Source of the DNA: Octopus sinensis
Lineage: Eukaryota
DNA: 64,000 nt
Direction: 5' to 3'
NCBI RefSeq assembly: GCF_006345805.1
Contig: NW_021833745.1
Coordinates: forward strand, 1-64,000
This document shows, in pieces, positions 39,875 through 53,773 of this stretch (its first letter is position 1; the number at the start of each line of letters is the position of its first letter). The position numbers were made by a program, and so were the translations under genes. A model generated the notes under the pieces. It searched no databases. It saw nothing but the letters and a program-made list of their open reading frames with translations, and had not been told where the DNA came from.

Positions 39875-40254
39875 CATACGCATTTGTATGTGTGTGTGTT
39901 ATGGTGACAAAAATATCGTTTCTTCTAATAATGTTCATACGTCGTTTAGAGATGTTAGAAGCAGCTACTTTGCTCGTTACGGGATCAGCGGCTGTCGGCT
40001 GCTTTTCTGTTTATGTATTGTGAGTAGGGATGATTGATTGCCATCCCTAGCAGGTCATGGAGTCTAATGACGCAGAAACAATGGTATCTAGGTCTTTTAA
40101 TGGTACTCTGGGGTTGTCCGCTCCTTTACTCAAAATATATAGGACACACTTTGAATGGGTTAAAATGTATGAACATAGTTCTTTATAGAGCAGCCACGTT
40201 ACAGTGGCAAAAACATGTTACTCTATCCCCCTATACACACGTATATATATATGT

Positions 40255-40355
<101 letters not shown>

Positions 40356-40369
40356 ACTTTATATAATTA

Positions 40370-40644
40370 GGGCTCAGTAAAATAATTTACTTTGCCACAT
40401 ACTGAAATTTTTAGAAATAGAAGCCAAAATGTTTTAATTCGACTAATCTAGAAATGTGAGCGTTCTCAAATAATCTTTGTACATGTGATATTTTGTATTT
40501 TCCCTCCATATCTACGTGAATTATTTTTGAGTAAACACTATCTGGGAGACTCTTTTTAAAGTAGTGGAAATGGCTAAAAAAACATTTTGGCTGCTATTTC
40601 TAAAAATTTCAGTATGTGGCAAAGTAAATTATTTTACTGAGCCC
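40370..40644. mobile_element. MITE, 275 bp, TIRs about 65-70 bp
   Basis: TTA|GGGCTCAGTAAAATAATTTACTTTGCCACATACTGAAATTTTTAGAAATAG ... reverse complement ...GCCC|TAA. Confidence 0.85.
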
Positions 40645-41204
40645 TAATATATTGAATACGCCTTGAATGGTCCTTTTACATACTGAACACTAGTTGGTGA
40701 AATTAATTAATAATTAATTGATTTTACCCTTAATCATTGATATATATATAAATGCAAACACGAACAACCTCACATGGAAACTGTTACTTGTTGCATATGA
40801 ATATAAGTATTGAGACTCACCTGTTATTCTGGGGGGAGGTGGCCCCGGCATTGAGAATAATGAAAGGATTGTAAATTCGTCAATTGAAGATTGTGAAAAC
40901 TTGTGTAGACTACTCACTTTTTAACAGGACTTTTTCTTCCGGCTATCACATCTTCAGAAGAAAGGAATCATATCCATGTATTTGCCTCATCCTGATAAAC
41001 GTTTTGCCAAGCGACTCTACTGCTAGAGTCTGGTACCCTAGAACGGCTTGGGTTCATATGAAGTTTTCAGCGATGTTGATATCCTTCCTTTCTCCCACGC
41101 AGAAACTGTTGACAAAATATGGTGTCCACTTATATAAACTTTTCATCTTGTTCCGAAATATTGATTTGGGGCTGGGGAAAATTGTTTCTCAATATTTTTG
41201 TGTA

Positions 41205-41385
41205 TTAAGGCGACAAGCTAGCGGAATTTTAAGAACACCGGACAAAATGCTTTTTGTCATTTCTTCCGACTTTACGTTGTGTGCACACATTTCCCTTAGA
41301 TCGACTTTGCATTTTAGCATTTCGGGCATCTACCAGTCAAATACGGAGATCTATTAATTAACTAGCTGCAGCCATGAAATTGCTG
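41205..41385 (+). mobile_element. SINE B, highly diverged
   Basis: AAGGCGACAAGCT head; GATCGACTTTGCATTT central remnant. Confidence 0.5.
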
Positions 41386-41386
41386 G

Positions 41387-41790
41387 CCGTAGGCACAAGA
41401 AAACTGCACATGGAGACAACATGATCAATGGTCTCATTTTGTTGTTGACATACACGACGTGGTGGGGAGCTACCGTCCTGTTGCGTAACGATCCAGCCGT
41501 CTAACCTATGTAATTATGTTGGTAACCATTACATAGACGAATTTTTCCGTGTTGCAGGTGATATTGGACTTGACTTTGAATGTTTGGACATCACTGAAAC
41601 TAAATTCTGCCACCTCAATTAGGTGAACGAAAAGTTCATCGCAGGTAGGCATTGATCTTGGACTGCTATGATAAACCCTTCTGTTTCTGATTTTAAGCCA
41701 GAAGCCATTAGCTAGTGATGGGTAAAGTATTGTCAACATCGGCATTATTCGCTCTCTGGGGATTAGCCATTGAGAGGTTTTGTTGCCTAT
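41387..41790 (-). mobile_element. R4/Dong-clade non-LTR retrotransposon fragment (region downstream of RT, with zinc knuckle), frameshifted, with an internal insertion of about 150 bp
   Basis: GLKSETEGFIIAVQDQCLP at 41643-41699 and RVCQQQNETIDHVVSMC (CCHC remnant) at 41406-41456; abuts (TAA)n. Confidence 0.75.
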
Positions 41791-41797
41791 TATACTG

Positions 41798-41798
<1 letters not shown>

Positions 41799-41832
<34 letters not shown>

Positions 41833-41902
41833 TATTATTATTATTATTATTATATTATTATTATTATATATTATAATTATTATTGTTATAATAATAATAA
41901 TA

Positions 41903-41949
<47 letters not shown>

Positions 41950-41988
41950 TATTATCATTTTTATCATTATCATTATTATTATTATTAT
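41799..41988. repeat. (TAA)n/(TTA)n microsatellite with a strand switch
   Basis: Direct reading. Confidence 0.9.
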
Positions 41989-41989
41989 T

Positions 41990-42162
41990 CTGTTTGACTT
42001 TTGCTTTATGTCTGTACAAGTTGGCTCCAAGTCTCACCCAGAGACCTCAAGAGACAACAGGTTGGAAGTTCACGTTGTTGTTATGCCTAGTGGGCCATAT
42101 ATTTGGGGGTTTTTTGTGTTGTACTAGTAATGTCTAATACATAAATAAAAAACATTTAAAAA

Positions 42163-42165
<3 letters not shown>
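41990..42165 (+). mobile_element. Possible retroelement 3' end with AATAAA and a (TTA)n tail
   Basis: Unique 175-bp island between two TTA tracts, AATAAA just before the tail; no coding motif seen. Confidence 0.3.
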
Positions 42166-42224
<59 letters not shown>

Positions 42225-42378
42225 TATTATATTATTATTATATTATATCATTATTATCATCATCATTATCATTATCATATTATTATTATTATTATGTGTA
42301 TGCTCAGCGCTATATCGTCCGTGTTTCTTCTTTTTCTTCATCATCATCTTCTTTATCATCGTCTTCTTCATCAACGTC

Positions 42379-42411
<33 letters not shown>

Positions 42412-42520
42412 TCCATCATCATCATCGTCATCATCATCATCATCATCATCTTCTTCTCCACCTCCTTGTCCTTCCCCTTCTCCTCCTCCTCCTCTTCATC
42501 CTCCCGCTGTTCATCTCCAT
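42166..42520. repeat. Compound triplet tract (TTA)-(TCA)-(TCT/TCC)
   Basis: Direct reading. Confidence 0.9.
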
Positions 42521-44933
42521 CCACAATTAGTATAGACGTGATGGTGGTGGTGGTGCTGGAAGTATGGGAGAATTATATTTTTACTGAACCCACTGTTTTT
42601 GTTATCATTATTCTTGTCGTGGTTCCTGAGTCTTTTTGCTCACCATTGTTATTTTATATAAACTAATATATTTTAGGTACCACCATTCAGGTGTTTTTGA
42701 GTCAGTGTGTTTGTGTTTGTGTGTATATTCATGTATGCCCACATACCTGATGTGTGTGTTCAGCAATTCTTCAACCCTTTTATTTACTTTGGATTTCTAT
42801 GAAGGAAAGATACATGGTCGAATACTAAAAGAATGTTTGAATGAAAGCTTTGTTGTCCATTGCTGTCAAATTGTAGCTCTCCCAATTCATACCTTTCAGG
42901 TAAGACATTTCTGATATTCATCATTTTTCGTACGTAATCCATATTTCAAAACCTCTATCCAATTATTTTCACTGTACATCTCGCAGCAGGAACTGCCATT
43001 TGCAAACAGCAAATTAGAGAGGAAAATGGAACAAAAAAAAAAGGAGTAAATAGGAACTAAAAAGAAAAAAAAAAGATAATAGAAATAATTTCTAATAACG
43101 ACTGGTGTCTATTCATTCCGGAATCTCATATATGTGTATTTGTGTGTGGGCGTATATACATGTATGTGTATGAGAGAGAGAGAGAGAGAGCATGTGACAT
43201 AAAAAGGAAACTGTGTGTGTAAAATTGTGTGCGAGCCTCTGTGTGTACGTATACACCCCCATATATATACATATATACATAGATGAAACTTATGCACAGT
43301 TCCCCATACCATTGATCTTTCCAATATAAATACAATAATCATATACACATACACGTGCTAAGCAGGTTTTTCCAGGAGAAAATATCTACAGACAATGGAA
43401 TTTATCTTGAATATATCCTCCGTTCTTACTTATGTATTTCCTCAATCTCTTGTAAGACTTTGACGGAATTATTACATCTACTTGTACACTTTGATTAGAA
43501 AGCAAAACACTGTATAACTAAAGCAGTGAAGCATTGGGCGACTGTCAAACTAAAATGTAAACTGTTGCTTTAGTCAATAAGTTAGCGGGATTGAACTAGG
43601 GCTATGCTTATGTGTGGTCTTTCTCCTTGCTAGAAACAGCTGATTAGTGTTCCTTTTCTCACATTTAACTATTAAAATGATATGCATTGGAGTATATAGT
43701 TCTGGATGCAGACTTTGGAAATAAATTGAGATACAAATTATTTGAAGTCTTTGATAATACATCGATATAGTTAAATCTGACATTTGGGTCGACATTTACA
43801 CAAACATCTTTCAGTTGTGAATTGTACGTTAGTTTTAAGCAATTTGTTTATAATTGTCCCTTATTAAAGCGCAAAGCAATGAATATAAAATTCTGGGCAT
43901 AATGGATAAATGGATAATTGACTAATACGATATTTTATAAAACCGCAAATCTGATATGGACATTTTGTCTCGGTGGATTTAGAGCCGACTATTAGAAGAC
44001 GGAACGAACACCTTAAAACTTTTTTCTTCAGGGGGAGGTTACTCGGTACAATCAACATCAGTACTTAACGGTTAATAAAATATATTAACCGTTTTTATCC
44101 CTGGAGGATAAATGGTAAAGCCGAGCTCTTCGGTATTGAAATCAGAAAAAAATTTTCACTAGAGATATTTCTCGATACGTTATCCAAATTGTCCATTAAT
44201 TTTAATAGAGTCACTGGACCGTCTCCATTTCGGTAGAAGAGTACATCAAATCTTGAGGATTAACATTTTACAGAACTGCGTAACTCAATGTAAACTCTGA
44301 GTTGCTTTCGGATTTCATATTGTGGGAGCAGCTGTATGATACTTTCATTGAACAACTGTCGAATATTTCTCTTTACATTTAAGTGAGGACTACACACACA
44401 CACATACACACACACACACAGAGCTTATAACCGAGATCATATGGCAATGTATTTGAATACGTGAGACATTGCAAGATCTCGTTAGAGTGTGGTGAATTGT
44501 TGCTGATATATACAATTATTTGATGATATTTCTTCAGGAAACTAACACTACACTGTGACATTTAACCTCCATACGACGCCCAAACAATGACCCGCAAATT
44601 ATGAAGAAAAATGTTAACAATACGCAATAAGGAATTATTATCAGCTCACAAAGTCTAAGTTGTAAGGTCCATATATATCATTATTTTATTATTAATGAGA
44701 AACAACAAACAATATATACGTATGTATAATCATATGTATACATATGTATATATATGCACACGCACACACATACATGTATATATAAACACACACAGACACA
44801 CACTCACGTGCACACGTATACATACGCAGATATATATACACATATATGTAAACAATATTGCTTGATAGATCGATAGATAAATATGTGTACACCTATATGT
44901 TTCAGTGTGTGTAAAGCAGCTACATATATATAA

Positions 44934-44967
<34 letters not shown>

Positions 44968-45894
44968 GCATATATATGTATATACATATATATATCTACA
45001 GATATCTACATTTATATATATGTAACCTTATATATTATATATATATATATATATATGGATATATATATATGATAAATATACATTATAATAAATATCGGAA
45101 GCAAGAATTTACAAAAAAATATCGCTGTAAAAAGAGCAGTGAATCGAAGAACAGGAAGCAGTCGCAAAAACAATCATTCTAACAATGGAAAGGCAAGCTT
45201 CAACAATATTACTATTATTTGGATGTATTGATTAGGTCTTAGTTTAATATTAAGTCATTAGAGTAGCTAATAAGAAAACCAACGATGCTTTCTATAAAGA
45301 AAAATATAGTTTGTCTTGCAGCTACCAAAAAGATATAATATATATTTACATTAGAGCGCACACGCTCACACATACACTTTAACCTACACATACATATACA
45401 TATACATGTATACGTATATACAGATAAATATAAATGTGTGTTTATATATACAATTATATAATGGCGTTGGCAAATGTAGGTATACAGTTACTTAATATGA
45501 CTAGAATATTAATTATGTTTCTCAATTACTTTTTTAGTATTAGAATGTATAGCTACTTTTGTCTACCCGAGTATGTTTATAGGTATAAAAATATCGATCG
45601 TATAAACACAAATATTCTGTTGGGAGACCTGGTACAAAATATCGTATATCTTTGTTGAAATGCATAGGGTCCTTGCCCTAGACCTATAATCTACAATTGA
45701 ACCTTATTTTGACGATTGTTCATAAGGCACATCCATAGGGAAACGATTGCATTACTGAAAAATTTCGAAGATCTGAGTTTGAGCGTAAAAACAAAAATGT
45801 TTCAACGCATTAACTTGTTTGCTGAAATGGGCACAATTCCTAGCGTTTTGTATTGTATATGTATATGCGTTTGTATGGGTGTGTGTTTGTCATT

Positions 45895-46090
45895 GCCTGT
45901 ATCTCACCCCCATAACTGCTTGGCTATCAGTGTTGGTGTGTTTGCGACCCGTTACCTGGCATTTCGGCTAAACTAACAACAGAACAAGTTCCAGCTTAAA
46001 AAGCAAGTGCTGGGGTCGAATCATTCTAATAGACATTGAAGGCAGTGTCACAGCATGTATACAGTCTAATGACGGAAAGAAGAAAAGGAT
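45895..46090 (+). mobile_element. Old SINE A 3' half
   Basis: GTTGGTGTGTTTGCGACCCGTTACCTGGCATTTCGGC...CTGGGGTCGA matches the family A 3' half. Confidence 0.6.
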
Positions 46091-46109
46091 ATTTAGTTTT
46101 ATAAAGTCA

Positions 46110-46499
46110 CTAGCAGTATCGCCCGGCGTTGCTCGGGTTTGTAAGGGAAATAACTATATAAGCATTTTTAGAGATGTAAAGTATAATAGCCATCTCAATA
46201 TGGCTAACCACAAAGTGGGGTGTTACTGTAGCTTTTTACGTTCTGAGATTTAATAATACATTTTTAGAGAGTTACTTCCCTTATATAATAGCAAAAAAAT
46301 CCATTAAAAATGGGAAAAAATGATGGATTTTTTTTAATCGTAGACTCATCGTAGACGCGCGCTAATACCCAGAAGGACTCGATATGAATCACGAGTATAA
46401 GATACCCGCTTTTGGTTAAACTGCACCGCAAAATGTGGGAGTAGTTAGGAATCTAAATCGTAGGAGACAGACACACAACTTCACTTTTATATATAAAGA
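46110..46499 (-). mobile_element. Non-autonomous Helitron, second subfamily, 390 bp
   Basis: Minus strand A^TC...CCCGAGCAACGCCGGG hairpin...CTAG^T; no TSD. Confidence 0.9.
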
Positions 46500-46697
46500 T
46501 ATCCCCCAAATTATCGCTCTATCTTTCTTTCTATTTGCGCAAATAGAAAGAAAGATACCAGTACCGTTTGTCAAGCGACGGTGAGAAACAAACACAAACG
46601 CAGTGCCGCACACAAACACCACACACCACCACACACACACACACACACACACACACCACACACACCACACACATATATTAATATATTATATATATAT

Positions 46698-46751
<54 letters not shown>

Positions 46752-47374
46752 ACATACACACACACATATCAATGAGCAATCTTCTTTGTTTCTACCAAAT
46801 CCCCTCAGGTTTTCCTTGTAGCATAGTAGGTGTCACACACAGGTTGGAAAACAACCCTTATACCACACAGTCACGCCTTATATCATAACTATAATTACAT
46901 TTAGGAATAGAAATTTAACACATAATCATTGAGATCCGAATTTGATATCTGTATTTATTTTCATCTGATCCATTCAGTATTTATGGTTAACATCGACCAA
47001 ATAGATGCAGAACAACCAACAATAACCATTCAACGTGCAAGTCAACTAATATTAATAAGCTTATTCAAATGGCCTTATATATCTGAATTAATGGTAGGGT
47101 ATTAATATAATCCCCTAAATTGAATTATTAGCCATTCCTTGAACAACTGTGATAATTGTTTTGCTAGATGAGGGATGTCCGGGAGCTGGAAAGCCAACGA
47201 AGCGCAAAGTGTCACGTTGTGTCTATACACAGGCATGTACAAAATTTGCAGCTAATCAGATTTATATATAGTGTAGTATTCTTTTCTATATACAGCTATC
47301 TCCGTAACCTGACACGCCATGAAAATAAGATATGTGAATATTTCGTATTTGGAAAGAGAAACATCATATATATA

Positions 47375-47585
47375 GGCGTAGGAGTGTCTGTGTGGTAGGT
47401 AGCTTGCTTACAAACCATATGTTCAGTCCCACTGCGTGGCACCTTGGGGAATTGTCTTCTACTATAGTCTCGGGCCGACCAAAGGCTTGTGAGTGGATTT
47501 GGTAGACGGAAACTGAAAGAAGCCCTTCGTATATATGGATAAGTATATATATATATGCGGGTATATATATATATATATATATAAG

Positions 47586-47640
<55 letters not shown>

Positions 47641-47842
47641 GTGTGTGGTGTGTGTGTGTACGTGTTGATGTCTGTGTTCACGTCACCGTAACTTCTCGCT
47701 CGGCAAAAAGACCGATAGAATAAGTGCTAGGCTTACAAAGAATAAATCCTGGGGTCGATTTGATTCATCCACTAAAGGCGGTGCTCCAACATGGCCACAC
47801 TCAAATGACTGAAACTAGTAAGATTGCAAAAGAGTAAGAGTA
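47375..47842 (+). mobile_element. SINE family A
   Basis: Homology to other family A copies. Confidence 0.9.
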
Positions 47843-48310
47843 CACAGAAAATTATATTCATAATAATAATATTTCTTTTTTAAACTCCCAAAATTAATTC
47901 ATAGTTTCTAGATGTACAAAATATTTTGCACACCAGAACATTTCGGGTGCTGAGTCTTTTATAACCATGGCGAATCTATTGCACATATAATGTCCAGACT
48001 AGTCGGGCATTGTGTCTTGAGTATAAAAGAATATCTAGATCAGTGATTTTCAACCACATTTTACCTGTAAAAACTAGTTTTGTAATTATTTCTTTTAAAA
48101 TTCCTATTTTCTTTTTCACACGTCGGATTTTGTAGATTCAATTACATAAACGTTTGAGAATAAGAACTTAATTCTTGTAATGAACACATCTAGAGCAAAG
48201 TTTTTTGTCATTTACCCTTAATATACTACTCATGATCGCTAAATTACCATTTTACTAGCGTTGCCCCACCACCACCACCCAAACATTATATATGGATTTC
48301 TGTGTACATA

Positions 48311-48571
48311 GGCGTAGGAGTGGCTGTGTGCTAAGTAGCTTGCTTACCAACCACATGATTGCGGGTTCAGTCCCACTGTGTGGCACCTAAGGCAAGTCTT
48401 CTACTATAGCCTCGAGCCGACCAAAGCCATGTGAGCGGTTTTGGCTTCCCTATGTCTTGCTGTAACTAGCAGCTCTTAATAAATTTAATTATTACCTACA
48501 TAGGAGTCTATATCTACTCTAACTCGAAGCAGTGAGTGGATTTGGTAGACGGAACTGAAAGAATCCCATCG

Positions 48572-48603
<32 letters not shown>

Positions 48604-48824
48604 TGTATATATGTATGTGTGTGTGTGTGTGTATATGTTTGTATGTCTGTGTTCGTCCTCCCAATATCGCTTCACAACCAATGCTGGTGTGCTTACGTCC
48701 CCATAATATAGCAGTTCGGCAAAATGAACCGATAGAAAGAATAAGTCCTGGGGGTCGATTTGCCCGACTACAGGCGGTGCTCCAGTAAGGCCACAGTCAA
48801 ATGGCTGAAACAAGTAAAAGAGTA
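48311..48824 (+). mobile_element. SINE family A with an 87-bp insertion (48445-48531)
   Basis: Insert flanked by a 14-bp imperfect duplication GTGAG(C/T)GG(T/A)TTTGG. Confidence 0.85.
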
Positions 48825-49469
48825 TATGACACTGCTGGACGTAATATGAACTCCGGTTGACAAACATTGATCGGGAATGTCAGATTTGGCTCCAACCAAA
48901 GATACAGCCAGGCTCGAACGACAGAATTGACTAATAGAATCATTCGCCGGACTTTCTGCGAAAGCCACAGCGAAAACATACGAAAGCCAGTATTGATACC
49001 AAAGAAAAGCAGTAGCTGAAAGTAACGACAAGTCACAAAATAGATACGAAATCACAACTAATTATAGACACGCCAAAACACACAGGGGAGGATGATGAAA
49101 TATGAATATGCTTTTGGTTGTGTGTGTGTGAAATAAATACAAAACGACATAGTACTAATCAATTTTTCCAAACTAGACACAATATATTCCTACATAAAAC
49201 ACTCAATATCCTTTTTATAGTATCGCTGATATCATCAAATCAAGGTAGTATTATTAGCTTAAGCATCGATTCATAATTTATATTTGCAACCATAAAACAT
49301 GAGATAGGAACACAACTAAAAATCGTTGCAAATAGAGAACAAACACAACAAAAAAATCATTAAAGATAAGTTGTACTAATAATATTAAAATAATGGAGCA
49401 ATAAAACCAATTATATATATATATATACATATATTATATATATATACATATACTGAGGTATGGATTTAT

Positions 49470-49535
<66 letters not shown>

Positions 49536-49693
49536 TAATTGTATATAATATATATATAGTATATTTATATACAATATATATTATTAATATATATATATAT
49601 ATAATATAATATATACATATATATATATATGTGTATATATTATATATATATAGATATATATCGATAATATATATATATATAACACATCATCAG

Positions 49694-49750
<57 letters not shown>

Positions 49751-50592
49751 GTATGTATATATATGCATCAGCTTAACATGTTGAATATTATTGCTATTAT
49801 TGTTGTTATTATCATTATTATCATAGTCAACACCATCACCATCACCATCATTATCGTTGTCGTTAATAATAATAATAATAATAAGGATAATAATAGAATA
49901 ACGATACCATCAAAAACCAACAAAAACAACTGCAACAACAAGAACAATAATATCAATAGATATTTTTAGCATTATGCACATACGATATTATTCTTTATAT
50001 TTTTGTCTAAATATTTAGATAAATGAAATATTTTCCCTTAGGTGAGATTAAAATAGCTGTTGAACACACGCGTATCAGACAAACTCTTATCTCTGAAACT
50101 GGAATGTAATCTCTTTTGATTCTTGATTAGTTTTTTCCTCCCATTATATTTCATATTATGACTTTTTATATTTGATTAGTTTTCCAGGCAGTTTCGTTTG
50201 CATTATAATACACATAATCATGCTAATGAGTGGAAGAATATGCCATTAGATAAGCGAGATGCATACTGATTCATCGAAAAAATTTGAATGATTTTTAAGC
50301 ATGTAATTAATAGAAACTTTATTATGTAATAATTGTCAGGAGATTGCTGTCGGAGTAATACATTGGATGGTATGTGAGTGTGTGGGAGTGTGTGTGTATA
50401 GTAACACACAGGCGCACCTAAACATATATGAATGCAGTTATATATATATATATAATATAGATAGAGATAGATGATAGATAGATAAGATATAGATAGATAG
50501 ATAGATAGATGATAGATAGATAGATAGAAGATACAGACATATATATATATATATATATATATAATAGACATATGTATGTACATATATATACA

Positions 50593-50630
<38 letters not shown>

Positions 50631-51924
50631 TAGATATATATATATACACTCATACATATATGCATGTGGGTTCTGAGTGTGTACGTGCATATTAATGAGT
50701 TATAAGTATCTAGAAGCACCTAAAAACGTCAACCTAGTTTTCAGTAGGTACGACAGTGTACAGTTCACAGTGAATTAAACTATAAAGGTAGGAAGATATA
50801 TTTATCAGATGCTGGTAGGATACTGCATATAGGTATGTAACAAAATCAATAGTAAATCCAACTCTGGGGTGTGTCTCCGGTTGGGAGTATAAAATTTAGA
50901 CTACAATGGAGATTACCTAACTACGACACTTATTTCGTTAACGCTTGGGAAGTTGCATTAGCAGAAATTGTGGAATTTGGACAACGTGTGACAAAATAGA
51001 CTCATTTATTCGGATATATTAAACGAGTCCATGAATCTCATTTTTCACAATTTCACCCAAAGTAACGTAGGTCACAAACAAATATAATTCATATCATTCG
51101 TCAATAATCCAAGCTTTGGATTAATATCATACGCCAATTGTCCAGGGATTGGTCTTTAAACATGGACCTTGTTATTAGCAATCAAACACCGTAGCCGTTT
51201 AGAAATACTTCGTCGAGAAGCAGCATTTTGGGATATAAAATTTCTAGCAATATTTGTATTAACGCACAACGACCTAAATCCAAGTCACCCCTAATCATCC
51301 GTGGCAAGAACATACATAGATCTGACGGCAGAAGGATTAATGGAATTTTTCCTGGAATTATGGTGAGACATTGCACTTAATGATTCTATTTCCTACATTC
51401 TGAAAGTTGCGAGAAGAGATACCATGGACATCAAGAACGTAGCATCCTTGAAAGAAAATTACCCGAGCTTTCACAAGGCACCCTACCTCTGTATGGGATG
51501 CGCTGACAATATTCCCAGCACATATACCTGAGAGACATAACGATTATGTCCAGGACCAAGAGTCTCATTTTGTCACAAATGCCACACAACAATCTAAACA
51601 TAAATATGTTCCCTTATGGATTTATATGTATTGCTTAAAACCACAATCATCACATATATTCTACTTTATGATATCTAACGAGCTTTCAATTCGAAATGCG
51701 CTTGGATATATGGATATGCATACATGCACAAACATCTATATTTAAACACATGTACATACTCATGCGCACACACACAGAAACACACACACTCATACACAGA
51801 ACCACATATATATATAAATAGATTTACATACACATACATGTATATTTATATATAGTTGTATATATAGGTATACATATAGTCACGCATATATAGTGACTCG
51901 ATTCCCAGTCCTATAATTATACAC

Positions 51925-51991
<67 letters not shown>

Positions 51992-51993
51992 TA

Positions 51994-52195
51994 TAACGAG
52001 GGACAGCTCGTTAGTTTTTGGTAGAAAAAACTGTCCGATTCTAGCAAAAACTAGATAAACGGCAACGGGAAACTCAGAGTAACAGGTTTTGTTGAATTTT
52101 CTGCTGCTTTAAATAAAGCATATTACTCTACCACTGGTATTTGAGTACTCTTTTTCCACGTTGTTTCACATTTATGTGTTTACTCCGGTATATAT
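51994..52195 (+). mobile_element. Short (TA)n-flanked element with a degenerate hammerhead-like motif
   Basis: TAACGA-G-GGACAG...CTGTCC-GATT-CTAG-CAAAAA-CTAG; downstream CCACTGGT motif shared with the terminal repeat of 29687-30297. Confidence 0.4.
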
Positions 52196-52220
52196 ATAAT
52201 ATATATATATATATATATCA

Positions 52221-52281
<61 letters not shown>

Positions 52282-52436
52282 TATATTTACACAAACTCAT
52301 GTATGTGTAAAAGTATAGATGTTTGTGTATATATAATGTATAAAGAAATTAATATAGGATAACAGAACTTTAGAAATTTCACTACCAGTGGCCTAGCAAA
52401 TATAAAGAGTCAATAGACAACATATTTTTAATGTAG

Positions 52437-52614
52437 AATTAGTGTACATTTAAACACAAATGTGGCGACCTTTAACAGGCAGCCTTACGTGCTAGAAGGG
52501 GCAGTCAAATCGTCCAAAACCACATTTCAGTGTAATTTTGAAGGGACTGGTCCTTCTAGCACGTAAACCTGCGTGTTAAATGTTTCCGCTTTTGTGTTAA
52601 AATCTACACTAATT
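52437..52614. mobile_element. Small decayed fold-back/MITE, 63-bp arms, 52-bp spacer
   Basis: 52437-52499 versus reverse complement of 52552-52614, about 10 mismatches. Confidence 0.7.
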
Positions 52615-52637
52615 ATAATGTATAAAGATATATGCAT

Positions 52638-52676
<39 letters not shown>

Positions 52677-53577
52677 AATCTAGTATATATTTATATATAT
52701 ATGCACAGATGTATCTGTGTCTGTAGGATTTTGTTTGCATATTCAATGCAAAATTATCTCTTTGTCCCATCATAAGGACATAGGAGCGCTGGCTCTCTTG
52801 TATATCCCACACATGCACCCACGCGTACGCACACACAAATACACACATATTCGTACAGGAAGACCAACTCAACTCTAATAGTCTTCACGTATCAAATCTC
52901 CAATAGAATTCCGCCCAATATAACAAACGATGACGTGTGTATTTCAATACCGAGAAAAAGAAAGTAACAAGGAGAGTGATGGAGGTAGAGAGACAGAGAG
53001 AAATAGAGAGAGAGAGAGAGAGAGAAAAACGAAAGATAGCGAGATAAGAAAATTGAAAGGAAGAGGGGACGTAGGCATATTGTGCTATGTCAATAGTGTG
53101 ACTCGTATGTCATGTGAGAAATCAACAGCTTTCTCACAAACACAAATTATTTTAGCTTCGCAGCATCTTAATTGTATGGAAGTTGTAAAACGACTAATGC
53201 TACATTTACGCTGCATACGGTAGTGCACCTGCGTCTCTTGTATGTGGAACTTGACAGTTGATGAAGCAGAAACGCATTCATTGAAGTGGTTTATATACAT
53301 CAGTTGGCCCGTCTTCTTTCACTTTGCCGTGGTTTTGTTTCCAGACAACTTGTCGACTAGAGGAAATTTCTCCTCCTTCGCAGCGATTTCGCTTTATTAC
53401 GAATCGACTTTTATTCAGAGTAGGAGCACGGGGATAATGAAGTTTAATTTTCATGCTTATTCGTTTCTGTGTATACATAGAGGCTTCCGTATACACACAC
53501 AGACACAAACACATGCACATACAGACACACTCATATAAATTACATATGTATAAAATATAATTGTTTGTGTATATATA

Positions 53578-53631
<54 letters not shown>

Positions 53632-53733
53632 CACATATATATACATACATACACATATATATATATGTATATATATATATGTATATGTATATATATACAT
53701 ATATATATATATGTATATATATACATATATATC

Positions 53734-53773
<40 letters not shown>

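Noticed and set aside
51250-51530. Protein-like plus-strand frame (THNDLNPSHP*SSVARTYIDLTAEGLMEFFLELW*DIALND...)
   Set aside because: Several in-frame stops, no recognisable family and no convincing splice sites
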